A stretch of 63,441 bases of DNA, the filler included, from Octopus bimaculoides (taxonomy: Eukaryota), in assembly GCF_001194135.2 (NCBI RefSeq). It is 7 parts of 7 records of this genome, joined end to end, with 100 filler letters (N's around TTAATTAATTAA, not from the genome) between each part and the next. Parts side by side here need not be neighbours in the genome. Positions count along the whole stretch, not along the records: positions 1 to 17,623 come from NC_068990.1; positions 17,724 to 30,445 come from NC_068985.1; 5 more parts are not named here. One strand, given 5' to 3'. Positions 13,032 through 26,544 of this stretch are shown here, one piece after another. The notes under the pieces were generated by a model that worked only from the letters and a program-made list of their open reading frames with translations, made no database searches and had not been told where the DNA came from. The translations under genes were made by a program, and so were the position numbers. Each line of letters starts with the position of its first letter. Within the stretch, counting starts at the first letter, position 1.

Positions 13032-14269
13032 CAGAAAAGACATTACACTTGTGTGAAAGTGGTGAGAGTTGGCAACAGGAAGAGCATATGACAGTTAAAA
13101 TATGTTTCAGTAAATCTTGTGTGATCCATGCAAACAGAAAAGCCGTTAAAACTATGACAATGACAGTAATGATGACAATTATGATACGACTGCTGTTGTT
13201 GTTGATGATGATGATGATGATGAGAGGTGTGTGTGAAAAACAGCTGGCTAAATTGGTAGATAGATAGACAGACAGACAGGTACATTCATACATAAGTACA
13301 TACATAAGTACATACATACATATATACATACATTCATACATACATACATGCCTACATACATGCATATATGCATAGATTGTTGACTAGAAAGATAACGTTT
13401 GTATAGAAACTAGAAGAAAGTGGGAAAAGGGTGTCATTATATGCTGTTACTTTGTCACAATATACAATAGAAGCTAATTTGCTAACAAGTAACATATACC
13501 TCCTTGACTGTTCCCTCTTCATGAATTCTCTACAGTTTTTATTCTCCTTTATGTATTTTTTGTCCTATATATTGTATTTTATAATTTATTTCAGTTTATT
13601 TTATTCTATTTTATATTTTGTAATTCAATTTTTATATTTTATATTTTGTATTTTGTATGTAATATATTTTTATATTTTTATATATTATGTATATTTTTTT
13701 ATATTTTGTACGTATTATATATATTATGTATATTTAATATATTTTTATATATTATGCATATTTTTTATATGTTATACACTATATTTTATACTTTGCATTT
13801 TGCATTTTATTATTTATATTTGGAAATAGACGGCACTTTCTTACACCAAACCTGACAGATCGTAATTCCTCTTCAAGAATAAAATCTGGTTTTATTTGTT
13901 AAAACCATGATTTGCATTTTTTGTCTCTTCAACAATTTTTTTGTAGATCTTTCATTTTCTTCATTTGTTTTCTCACAATGTGTTCATCCTTCTCTTTCTC
14001 CTCCTTATTATTATTGTAATTTTTACTTGCTTCTCTTCCTGTTGTTGTTCTTAATGTTATCTAACCCTAGCCTAGGTCAGCTGATATTAAAGGGATTCCA
14101 TCCATCATTGTCTCATCTCTTTTCCAGCCAGTGTGCCTCAGTGAACCCAGAATCACACCGTCCAATGTGTCCTTCTTTGCTGAGACATTATGAAAAGGAC
14201 TTGGCTGCTGTTTCCAGTTGAATGCACAATCACATACAGCACAACATATTGGAACATGGTATTGCTAAC

Positions 14270-14680
14270 AGAATTGTGAGCACACCAGACAAAATGCTTA
14301 GTGGCATTTCATCTGACTTTAAGTTCTGAGTTCAAATTTCAGTGAAATCCACTTTGCATTTCATCCTTTTGGGGTCAATAAATACAAGGGTTCATGTAAC
14401 CAACTTACTCCCTCGCCCGAAATTGCTGGCCTTGTGCCAAAATTTGAAGCCATTGTTTTAATTGTGTAAGAGGTGGTGTGCTGGCAATATTGTTAGAGTA
14501 TGAGTAGTTCTTCTGGTTCTTTACATTCTGAGTTCAAATCTCACTGAGGTCGGTTTTGCCTTTCATCCTTTTGGGGTTGATATAATAAAGTACCAGTCAA
14601 ATACTGGGGTTGATGGCATCAAATAAACCTTATCCCCTCAAAACTGTTGGCCTTGTGCCTAAATCAGGAACCAATATTTT
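14270..14680 (+). mobile_element. Two tandem degenerate SINE family 2 copies
   Basis: TTCTGAGTTCAAAT...TTTCATCCTTTTGGGGT...GGCCTTGTGCC motifs occur twice. Confidence 0.7.
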
Positions 14681-16119
14681 AGTGGTCTTCACTGCTGTTG
14701 TAGCTTGTGTAGTAGTAGATTTGTTGTTGCTACTACTTTTGTTGTCTCTTTCCTTTATTATCTACCTCCAACTAATTATTTTCCACTTTCCTCTTGTTTT
14801 ACTCCTCCTCATCATCCTCATCATCAGCATCATTGTCATCTTATCTGTCATCATCATCCTTGTCATTATCATTATTGTTATTGTTCTTGTTATTGGGATA
14901 CCCCTCCCCACCTCGTCGTCATCATCATCATCTTCATCACCTTTGTCATTATCATCATCATCATCATTGTCATTGTTGACTTTGTCATCATCACCACCAC
15001 CACCATCACCACCATCATCACCATCTTTTCTATTATCCCCATCTTTAAATTAGTTTCTTTCCCCTTCCGCACAAATCCCTCCAGTTCATCTCATCTCAAC
15101 CCCTTCACAAATGCCCCAATAACCCTTCCCATATTGTTTTGTTACTCTGTTTTTTTATCAATTTGTTTCACTTCATTTACTGATTTAGTTTTTCAATTTT
15201 TTGTTATTTTCCCATTTTTTATTTCACAAATTTTTCTTTCTTAATATATTCTATTTAATTGTTTTTATTGCTGTTGTTGTTGTTATTGATTTTCTTGTTA
15301 TCTTGAAATATAATTTATTTTATTTTTTCACTATTGTGAACTTATACTTCGTCATTTTCTTTTTCAATTTATTTTGATGTATTTTTATATATTTCTTTCT
15401 TTCATTTTTTTTTTTTATATATATTTCTTTCAATTTTTTTACTTTCACAAAGGATCCTAAGTGAAACATGCTAAAGGGGCATATCCAATATTTCCAGGAC
15501 AAATAATCCTAATGACCCAGATCACTGGCAGTCTGAACATGGTCGGTGGAGTTTCCTGACCCTTACAGTAGCTAATTCTGTCACAATTAAGACTAACATG
15601 TATAAAACCATGTGACCTCAATTTGGTATGAAAGGATTGTTTGGATACTAAATCTCGATGTGGTAGGCCTTAATGATATCAGGATTTTCAAGATTCACTC
15701 ACTCACTCACTATTTGATTGTTTATGAGGGTTGCACATATCTTGACCATCCCACAGTGTACTGTTTTAGAAAAAGCTAAATTTAGAGATAATCTTTCAAG
15801 AGCTAAATTGAAGGGTCGTATCCCTAGATAGTTGTGTTTACAGACTTAAAGCCATTTATACCAAATCAGTGACTGGGAGAGGATTTCTTTGGAGGTGTTG
15901 AAGTGTTCATGGAAAAAATCTCATTCAGTGTTTGTGGGGAGTTGAATGTCCTCTGGGACATGTGTTGGAGCTACCCCTATCAGAGATGGCGCAAAATCCA
16001 TGTAAATCTAATCAAGGAAATCTGATTGTCTAACAGATATTTCATGGATCTTCTAAATGCACTGAAGTGAACTTAGACAACTTGCAATGAATTATCTAAG
16101 TCACATTTGAGAAAAATTT

Positions 16120-16277
16120 GCGAGTGGCTGTGTGGTAAGTAGCTTGCTTATCAACCACATGGTTTCGGGTTCAGTCTCACCGTGTGGCACTTTGGGCAAG
16201 TGTCTTCTACTATATCCTCGGGTCAACCAAAGCCTTGTGAGTGGATTTGGTAGACAGAAACTGAAAGAAGACCGTCG

Positions 16278-16310
<33 letters not shown>

Positions 16311-16531
16311 ATGTGTGTGTTTGTATGTCTGTGTTTGTCCCCCCAACATCGCTTGACAACTGCTGCTGGTGTGTTTACGTCCCCATAACTTAGTGGTTCG
16401 GCAAAAGAGACCGATAGAATAAGTATTAGGCTTACAAAGAATAAGTCCTGGGGTCGATTTGCTTGACTAAAGGCGGTGCTCCAGCATGGCCGCAGTCAAA
16501 TGACTGAAACAAGTAAAAGAGTAAAAGAGTA
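16120..16531 (+). mobile_element. SINE family 1, full length
   Basis: Complete head, body and AAAAGAGT tail. Confidence 0.88.
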
Positions 16532-17295
16532 TTAAGTACTTCAGCAGGAATAACGGAAGTTGTTCGTAATTTTGAGCAGTTATAATCAGAGATTACAGAT
16601 CTGGGATATACAATTAAGTGAGACAATAATAATAGACAGTCTTTTGGTTACTGGAAGCTTAACACATTTTCCTCAATAAAGAAACATTTCAGAGAGTTGA
16701 TAAACAAAATTTTTAAGGTAGAACTGAGGATGAAAATGTTAATTACAAGGTCTAATTAAAAAGAAAAATCTGTGAAAAATCTGATAGTTTTAGAAAACAT
16801 GTTGCAATTGAGAACTGGAAACTAAAGGAGAAGCAGCTCAATTAATTATAAGAGATGAATAGAAAATACATTGTATATGTTAGGCCACTTCCTTGTGAAA
16901 CATAACTGATGTGTTATTCATGCTAAGATATAAGTTCTGAAAACTGAAAGAGTAAAAGCTATCATATGGGTCAGAGCAACTAAAGCATATAATTAATAGC
17001 AACAAAGTCACACTTCAGCTTTCTTGAGCCTCAACAACCATGTATTATGTAATTCCAAGCAGAAGCTTATAGCTTTCTGAGTGTACTTTACTAAACCATA
17101 TGCAATGGGTCATTGGCTGAGAAGGTGGATTACAATGCCTAGAGGGCAAATGCCTGCCCCCCTGTTGGGATATAATCTGTACTCTGTTGAATTCAATGTC
17201 TTTTTACCACTTAAAAAGAATATTGTAGATTTTCTTTGAAATTTCATGTTATCAAACGCCCTTGTGACAAATAAAATGCCATTATCTTTATTGTT

Positions 17296-17623
17296 GCCTT
17301 ATTTCTAGTGAGAGAGTTGCAGGAGAAATACCTAGCTAAGGATAAACCTCTGTACCTGGCTTTCGTTGACATGGAGAAAGCCTTTGACAGGGTCCCCCGA
17401 TCCCTTATCTGGTGGTCAATGAGGAAACTTGGGATAGAAGAATGGTTAGTGAGAGCTGTGCGAGCCATGTACAGAGATGCTGCCAGTAAGGTGAGGGTTG
17501 GAAATGAGTACAGCAATGAATTCCGGGTAGAGGTAGGGGTCCACCAAGGTTCCGTCCTCAGCCCCCTATTATTTACCATAGTCCTCCAAGCAATCACAGA
17601 GGAGTTCAAGACAGGTTGCCCCT
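17296..17623 (+). mobile_element. RTE LINE reverse transcriptase fragment, open frame, cut by gap
   Basis: QEKYLAKDKPLYLAFVDMEKAFDRVPR...GVHQGSVLSPLLF: RT motifs A and B. Confidence 0.92.
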
Positions 17624-17723
17624 NNNNNNNNNNNNNNNNNNNNNNNNNNNNNNNNNNNNNNNNNNNNTTAATTAATTAANNNNNNNNNNNNNNNNNNNNN
17701 NNNNNNNNNNNNNNNNNNNNNNN
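17624..17723. other. Artificial scaffold linker 44N-TTAATTAATTAA-44N (12-mer also at 30490, 38166, 47829, 59124, 62105)
   Basis: The identical 12-mer, with stops in all six frames, is centred in a ~100-bp N block six times. Confidence 0.95.
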
Positions 17724-17754
<31 letters not shown>

Positions 17755-18325
17755 TATATACAGAGTGAGGGGGGAGAGAGATAGAGAGAGAAGAAAGCCA
17801 GGGCAGTGTATATATAAAGGAAAGAATAAATAGAATCAAAAGGAAGGGGAGTACGATTCGACAGCTGTTTAATGATCACTACACATGTTTCAATACAACA
17901 TAGATCTACATATATACAGGATTTAAATTTAAATTAAGTAATGGTTTACCTGTATAATAGGACCTAGTTGTATCTCCTCAGGTGATATATAATCGTTGTC
18001 TCCGCAAGTAAATGTTTGATTTCGATGCTATCAGATCCAACTGGCTCCTTGGAATCTAGCTGACGCTGACAGTTTCAATCCGCTCTCTCTGAGCGTGCCT
18101 CTACACGTACGACATGAGTGGCATTGTGTACGTGGTCTGTTTACTTTGTTTCATATGTTAGGCTGCACTTGCTAAATTTTATTATTTCGCAAATACACTC
18201 ACACATATGCAATCATTCTCACACAGATATACCCACTACATCTCTGGGCATGCCCATACATACATAGACATACATAGACATACATATTTTATACTCTAAT
18301 ACGTTCTTAACGGAATACACCTCAA

Positions 18326-18367
<42 letters not shown>

Positions 18368-18382
18368 ATGTAGGTATTTATG

Positions 18383-18415
<33 letters not shown>

Positions 18416-19031
18416 NNNNNNNNNNNNNNNNNNNNNNNNNNNNNNNNNNNNNNNNNNNNNNNNNNNNNNNNNNNNNNNNNNNNNNNNNNNNNNNNNNNNN
18501 NNNNNNNNNNNNNNNNNNNNNNNNNNNNNNNNNNNNNNNNNNNNNNNNNNNNNNNNNNNNNNNNNNNNNNNNNNNNNNNNNNNNNNNNNNNNNNNNNNNN
18601 NNNNNNNNNNNNNNNNNNNNNNNNNNNNNNNNNNNNNNNNNNNNNNNNNNNNNNNNNNNNNNNNNNNNNNNNNNNNNNNNNNNNNNNNNNNNNNNNNNNN
18701 NNNNNNNNNNNNNNNNNNNNNNNNNNNNNNNNNNNNNNNNNNNNNNNNNNNNNNNNNNNNNNNNNNNNNNNNNNNNNNNNNNNNNNNNNNNNNNNNNNNN
18801 NNNNNNNNNNNNNNNNNNNNNNNNNNNNNNNNNNNNNNNNNNNNNNNNNNNNNNNTAGTTCTCGAATATCGGATGTAGAGTAATATGCTTTATAAAAAAA
18901 ATATCACCAAAACTGCTTCACGTTCCCGTTCGTTGGACAATGTTGTTTCGAATGGAACGAAATAAGGTTATATACATAAATATACAATTACTTTGATAGA
19001 TACACATTTGAAAATGGTTTGGGGATTTTTT

Positions 19032-20189
19032 CCCTTTGAACGGCATATCAAGAAATTAATTTTTTGTAACTAAACACTTTCAAAGTTCGGACACTGATAG
19101 AATATGTCATATAAAACATCTTAGTGATATTGAGAAAAGTTTATATTTTCAAAGTTATTTCGTGTTAAAGTTGTCGTATTTCGGTAATTTCAACCAATCA
19201 ATGACGTCTATTCAGCTGAATAAAATTACTGCCGTTGTTTGTCAACAACAACTATCGGTGGTGTATATTTCGTTTGTCACTGTTATTTATGATATCGTTC
19301 GTGCGTTTGGACTGGTTTTAGGGTTAGGGTTAGGGTTCGGGTTTTCGGGTTAGGATTAGGGTTGGGTTTAGGGTTAGGGTTAGGGTTTTAGGGTCAGAGT
19401 TAGAGTTTTAGGGTTAGGGATAGGGTTTTAGAGTTAGGGTTAGGGCTAAGGTTTTAGAGTTAGGGTTAAGGTTAGGGTTTTAGGGTCAGGGTTAGGGTTT
19501 TAGGGTTAGGGATAGGATTTTAGAGTTAAGGTTAGGGTTTGAGTTTTCGGGTTAGGGTTAGGGTTTTAAAGTTAGGGATAGGGTTAGAGTTTTATGGTTA
19601 GAGTTAGGTTTTAGAGTTAGGGTTAGGGTTAGGGTTTTAGGGTTAGGGTTGGGGTATTAGGGTTAGGGTTAGGGTTAATGTTTTAGGGTTATGGTTAGGG
19701 TGAGTGTTGGGGTTTTAGGGTTAGAGTTACGGAAAAATGTGAAAAATGAAGAAATTGGAAGGGGAGGGGGCAAAAATATTTTTCCGAAAATAGTAGCTGA
19801 GAAACAGGAAAAAAAAACTAAAAGCAGTAGAAACGCACGAACGATTGTGGTGGTGCCATAAAGTAAACATGCTTCAGATACACTCGTTTATTCATACAAA
19901 CGTAACTGAGATGAAATATGTCATAAATAACAGTGACAAACGAAATATACACCGCCGGAAGTTATTGTTGGCAAACAACATCAGTAATTTTATTCAGCTG
20001 AATAGACGTCATTGATTGGTTGAAATTACCGAAATAAGACAACTTTAACACGAGATAACTTTGAAAATATAAACTTTTCTCAACATCACTAAGAATAAAA
20101 GATGTTTTATATGACACATTCTATCAGTGTCCGAACTTTGAAAGTGTTTAGTTACAAAAAATTAATTTCTCGATGTGCTGTTCAAATGG
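19032..20189. mobile_element. Foldback DNA element with ~270-bp TIRs and internal telomere-like array
   Basis: 19032-~19295 is the reverse complement of ~19915-20189; termini CCCTTTGAAC / GTTCAAATGG. Confidence 0.85.
19315..19730 (+). repeat. Degenerate interstitial telomere-like (TTAGGG)/(TTTTAGGG) array
   Basis: Dozens of TTAGGG units interspersed with TTTTAGGG and single-base variants. Confidence 0.92.
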
Positions 20190-20789
20190 TAAAGATCCTG
20201 GTTTTGTTTCATTGAACCTTTCAACTAACGGTCTTTTCAATAACCGGTTGCATGAAATTACAATTGCGGTTTAAAATCATATTATTATAAAAAATCGAAG
20301 AAAACCATAAAAAAAATAGCTTATGTAGAAGGAAAAAAGACCTGAATACCCAGGGTAAATAATTAGTGGTTAAAAATAATAATAATTTTAATTAAATGAA
20401 AAGATATATCCGTTTAAAAAACTTTCACGCTAAAATACATATACATTTAGTAATACATACACATACCAAACAACCTACATATACATATATACACTAAACG
20501 TACAGGCATAGGTACATGGCTACATACATATAAAGACAAATATAGGCAAAACATAAATATATACAAATGCATATATATGTATGCACGCACACACACGCAC
20601 GTGCATAATACCTCCTGGTGTATGCTTATACAACTTAGTTGTTACAGTTGAGAGAAGAAAAAAACGAAAAGAAAATCAGAAAATAACAAGTGGTGGGAGA
20701 AAGAAAAAAGGAAAAGAAGAAAAAGAAATAAAAGAAAAAGAAACAAAATTGGAAAGAGAAAGGGAAAATAGAGCGAGTAAGATGATTTG

Positions 20790-22045
20790 GAAGTTGGCGT
20801 TCCTAAAAAGTATCTAACGAAAGAGGTGAATTTGGAGGCAAGAAGAATTGCTAACAATCTTAAAGTTAGTGATAGGATAAAATACCTCCTCTCCTCCACG
20901 CCAACCCTTTATTATCCTGAAAGACCACAAAGCTAATTTCAATAGAAACCCTAAATGTAGACTAATTAACCCACCTGAAATTGAAATAGGCATTATGAGC
21001 AAATATATTTTAGATCATATTTTAAGCAAGTTCGATAGTGAATTGAATTTAGGGATTTGGAGAAACAGCAAGTCAGTGATAGGTTGGTTCAAAGGAATTA
21101 ACCATAAGCACAACTGCAAATTTACGCACTTCGATATTGTTAAATTTTACCCGTCAATATCTAGGCCTTTGCTTCTAAAAGCTTTAGACTTCGCCAAGCA
21201 GTATGTCACCATCGATAGCTCGGAAATAGATGTTATCCCGCATGAAAGGAAATACTTGCATTTTTACGATGATTCCACCTGGGTCAAAGAGAGAAGATTC
21301 TCTATTCGATGTGCAAATGGGGGCATATGATAGGGCGGAGTTGTGTATGCTTATAGGAACTTATATTTCGCATAACCTACATCTAGAATTCCTTTTTATA
21401 GATGCAGAATTAGACAGGGATGATAGTCTTATAGTCATTCATAATTTAAACGGCCATGAGTTAGACAAACTTAGGAAGAATCTGATCACTTTCTTCCAAA
21501 GAATGGGCTTACGGATTACGATAGAAAGTAACCTTAATAACGTTGATTTTTTTTTAGATATCAACTTAGATTTTCAATTAGATAAATTTAAACCCTATCG
21601 CAAGCCCAATGAAAATCTGTTATATTAGCAAAGAATCAAATCGTCTACACATAATTCTTAAGAACCTAGTTAGTAATACAGGAAGGCGCATATCATCAAT
21701 ATCTTCAGATGAGATAGCATTTCAAAATGCCGCGCCGTATTAAGGAAAAGTGGATTCTCGGAGAAGATTCAGTATAGTCAAGCTAATTCTAACAATAATA
21801 GACCACGTGGAATTAGAACCAAGAAAGTTTTGTGGTTTAATCTAGTGTTTAATATTACCGTAAAAACTAACGTAGGTAGGGAATTCTTAAAATTAATTTC
21901 TGAACATTTTCAGTCTAGCCATAAGTTCTGTAGAATTTTTAATAGAACAACAAAGGTTAGCTATTCTTGTTGCAAAACCTTCGCCTCTTTTATTAATCAG
22001 CATGACACAAAAATTATTACAAACAAACACAGTGCCGAATCTAAT
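20790..22045 (+). mobile_element. Penelope-like element RT, frameshifted (Naiad/Chlamys-like signature), GIY-YIG missing
   Basis: LKDHKANF..NPKCRLINP; FDIVKFYPSI; FDVQMGAYDRAE; VDFFLDINLD; KPYRKPN; WFN...VKTNVGREFLKLI...KVSYSC across ORFs 20995, 21230 and 21830. Confidence 0.85.
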
Positions 22046-22048
22046 CTA

Positions 22049-23296
<1,248 letters not shown>

Positions 23297-23300
<4 letters not shown>

Positions 23301-23397
23301 TAGAATTGGCCAAGTAAAAGGTGATTGCACTGGCGGTGCCCCAGCATGGCTGCAGCCTCAAGGCTGAGACATACAAGAATAAAAGAATAAAAGAATA
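23297..23397 (+). mobile_element. SINE family 1 3' tail fragment
   Basis: GGCGGTGCCCCAGCATGGC...AAAAGAATAAAAGAAT. Confidence 0.7.
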
Positions 23398-23402
23398 TAT
23401 TA

Positions 23403-23466
<64 letters not shown>

Positions 23467-23869
23467 TATATACATATATATCTATATATATATTATGAAT
23501 ATATATACATATATTTACATATATAAATATATATACATATATATTATTTGCCAACATAACATGGCAGTCCTGGTTTAGGTCGAATGACGCTGTAATTTAG
23601 CCCCAAGGGACAATGTCTCCAGCTGTATATACGACACGATCTGTGTCCTTATATTTTCGAACAAGGGAATCTAGCACCCCACTCAGCACAAAATTATCTG
23701 TATCGCGATTCCCGGGTTATTTCCCTTCATCAGCACATTGTTGGCTAGAGGTTAATTCTTTATTCTAGGCACAAGGCCCAAACACAGAGGGGACATACAT
23801 AGACATGCGGGGACAAACAACAAGTGAAAAGGAATAAATGAATATAATATATAATACAATGATATGAGA

Positions 23870-24760
23870 CGGCCATCTCGACCCCGCTCCGAGACGAGAC
23901 CGTGACCTCCCTTTTCTTTTCAACCCTACATTTCAACTAAAACGTTTTTATTCAATTAAATCAAACGTTCTTACAGTCTTTTTCTTTTTTCTTTCCTTTT
24001 TGTATCGTTCTTTTTCTTAAACGAACTCGCATCCAATTAAAGTTAATACCGTATAGATCCAGTAATTTATCATAGTCCATTCCGTCCGATACTTCATTTA
24101 TGTCGAATACCATTTGTCTGTATTCTGCGCTTTCTTTACAGTCTCTTATTATTTTCATTCTGTGTTCTGGCGCCTAAAACCATTTTTTCTTTCTTCATTC
24201 CCTTCATGTCTATCACTTTTACATCTTTCCATTGCACTAACTTATCCACCACGTCCTTCTTTACACTTTTCAATAATGCGCAAACAAAACAAGTGGGAAG
24301 GTCGTTTTGCGATTTTTTTGTATGACTGCTGTTCGTATTTTTCTTTTTTTGTATCTGAGGGGAATTGGTGTCTGCAGGGGAAGGGTGGGGTTGAGAGGGT
24401 ATGGGTAGGGTAGGTAGGGCTAGGATTCACTTAAGCTTTCCTTTTTCCGCTTCCCCTGTTTTCTTCCCGTACCTTGCCATCCATCTTCCTCAGTTTCTTT
24501 CTTCTATCCTTTCCAGTTCCTTCTCTGCTCTTTCCTGGGTTGGTTTATTTTTCAGAGGGCAGTCCGCTCTAATGTGGCGTTTTTGGCCACATTTATAGTA
24601 AAGAGGGATTCTGCCCTCTACCCACATTTTCATCATTATTTCTCCAACTGTCACCGTTTCCGCGAGACCTTGTATACAATTTTCCTTGTGATGAAGATGG
24701 ACTGAGCTATAAAAGAGAAAACTTTTGCGAAAGTAACAGGGTGCCAAAGAAAGAGGTAAA
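23870..24760 (-). mobile_element. Gag/ORF1-like retroelement segment with CCHC zinc-knuckle remnant
   Basis: ORF 24490-24747: EGRIPLYYKCGQKRHIRADCP (CX2CX4HX4C with the first Cys mutated); no RT seen downstream. Confidence 0.65.
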
Positions 24761-24769
24761 CTTCAAAAA

Positions 24770-24998
24770 TTAGAAAAAATATGAATAAATACTAAAATTG
24801 GAAGGTGGTGACGTGAAATTGTCACCACCACAAGAAATACTGGGGGAAATAGAAGAAAAGAAGATTGTATATAAGGTTTATTCTGTCAAGGAAAAAAGGT
24901 TGGAGAATGAACAGACGGACGAAATTGAAAAAGCGGTGAGGCCTATCTGGCAAGACGTAGCGTATCTTGCCAAAGGAAGCCAATACGGCACCGTAGAG
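24770..24998 (+). mobile_element. Probable inverted N-terminal part of the same gag-like ORF
   Basis: ORF 24798-25001 (KLSPPQEILGEIEEKK...AKGSQYGTVE) has natural protein composition and diverges directly from the knuckle segment; the assignment is inference. Confidence 0.4.
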
Positions 24999-25019
24999 TG
25001 ATGAGAAGTTTAGAGGGGC

Positions 25020-25330
25020 CAGGAGAGAAGGAGAAAGAGTTCAAAAGACGGAGAACATGGTTAGTGTCTTTTGATGTGGGAGGGGAGGGAAGCCACTAGA
25101 GGGTGCAAGGACACGGTCGAGGTATTTAGATATCAAATCCGTGGGGCAGCTACGAACGGAGACGATGAGGCGGCCAGGGTTGTTGGGCTTGTGAATTTTG
25201 AGATGGAAGTAAACTGTGGGGGTGCGTGAAGTGTGGACAATGAGTTTGGAGTCGGTGGGAGGAGGTGAGGTCATGGATAATGGAGGACACTGACTCCTTT
25301 ACCTGCACTTCTAGCAACATCATTTACAGC
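25020..25330 (-). mobile_element. Penelope-like RT N-terminal fragment
   Basis: RTPTVYFHLKIHKPNNPGRLIVS..SCPTDLISKYLDRVL, the PLE 'PKIHK...GRPIVS' motif. Confidence 0.8.
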
Positions 25331-25454
25331 ATCTCCTGTTCTTTCTGCTCTTCTCTGTACACCAGTCAAATAGGACGCCGTTAGGCTGATCGGTTCGTGG
25401 AGCCGAGACATCAGACTCGGCAATGAAACCTCGGTCTCGAACAATTACCGCTCT

Positions 25455-26165
25455 ACCGGTCATTCATTACAATACCTGTCTGTGTTCGGATTGTCTTTGC
25501 ACAGGCGCCATCCAGATTCCTGCTTTCACCGTGAACAGGAATTGAGCTTCTGTCTTCGCTCCTTTGCACCATATGGGCTAAACTCCCCTCCTCTCCTAGC
25601 TTCATCTGACACCTACTTCCTCTCTTCATCTGACATCTATTTCCTCTCTTCACTCCTACACACCTTCTCTCTTCATTGATAACCCCCACCCTACTCTCAC
25701 ACATCTCCACCTCATACCCTTCCCCCACATACACAACACTACACTACACCTCACACTTCATCACACCACCCCACATCACTCCACACGCACTGCCACTGAC
25801 TACTTATCAGCACCCACACCACACACCATCATCTGCACACCTACACACCATCATCCACACACCCACGCGTTACAGACGCACACATCCACACACGTTAATG
25901 TCACTAGCCTCTATTCACACACTCTCGCAACCTCACGTACACACATACGCACGCGCACCGACGTTTTGGGGTCACCAATACTTTATTATTTCCTCTTCTT
26001 TCAACCTCTCCTGTCAAACCTTTTTTTTTCTCTAACCAGTCTTGCCCTCTAAACCCACAAGCTTTTTTATTCTCTCTTTCTTTATTTTCTCTTACTTCTT
26101 TCTGTTGAAGAGCGTAGGCCCGGAACGTAAAATACTCTTTTACTTTCTCGACCATCAAACTAATA
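25455..26165 (+). mobile_element. Penelope-like GIY-YIG C-terminus and 3' region
   Basis: GHSLQYLSVFGL...HREQEL.F.LRSFAPYGLN, then a CA-rich tract and a hammerhead-like motif near 26100. Confidence 0.65.
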
Positions 26166-26544
26166 TANNNNNNNNNNNNNNNNNNNNNNNNNNNNNNNNN
26201 NNNNNNNNNNNNNNNNNNNNNNNNNNNNNNNNNNNNNNNNNNNNNNNNNNNNNNNNNNNNNNNNNNNNNNNNNNNNNNNNNNNNNNNNNNNNNNNNNNNN
26301 NNNNNNNNNNNNNNNNNNNNNNNNNNNNNNNNNNNNNNNNNNNNNNNNNNNNNNNNNNNNNNNNNNNNNNNNNNNNNNNNNNNNNNNNNNNNNNNNNNNN
26401 NNNNNNNNNNNNNNNNNNNNNNNNNNNNNNNNNNNNNNNNNGGGGGGGGGGATATACACTAAAATTCAGAAGTTAGAGTAGTGAGGAGAGATGTACAGTA
26501 ATGGTACGTAATCGTGAATTAAAATATGTATAGATATCAAAGCT

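Noticed and set aside
15498-15541. Possible exon CAG|...CATG|GTCGGT (TNNPNDPDHWQSEH)
   Set aside because: Poor donor, weak pyrimidine tract, no recognisable homology.
17668-17679. TTAATTAATTAA as a biological motif or piggyBac target
   Set aside because: Always centred in N blocks; an assembly spacer.
19315-19730. True telomere or chromosome-fusion site
   Set aside because: The array is degenerate, single-oriented and enclosed by TIRs; there is no head-to-head TTAGGG/CCCTAA junction.
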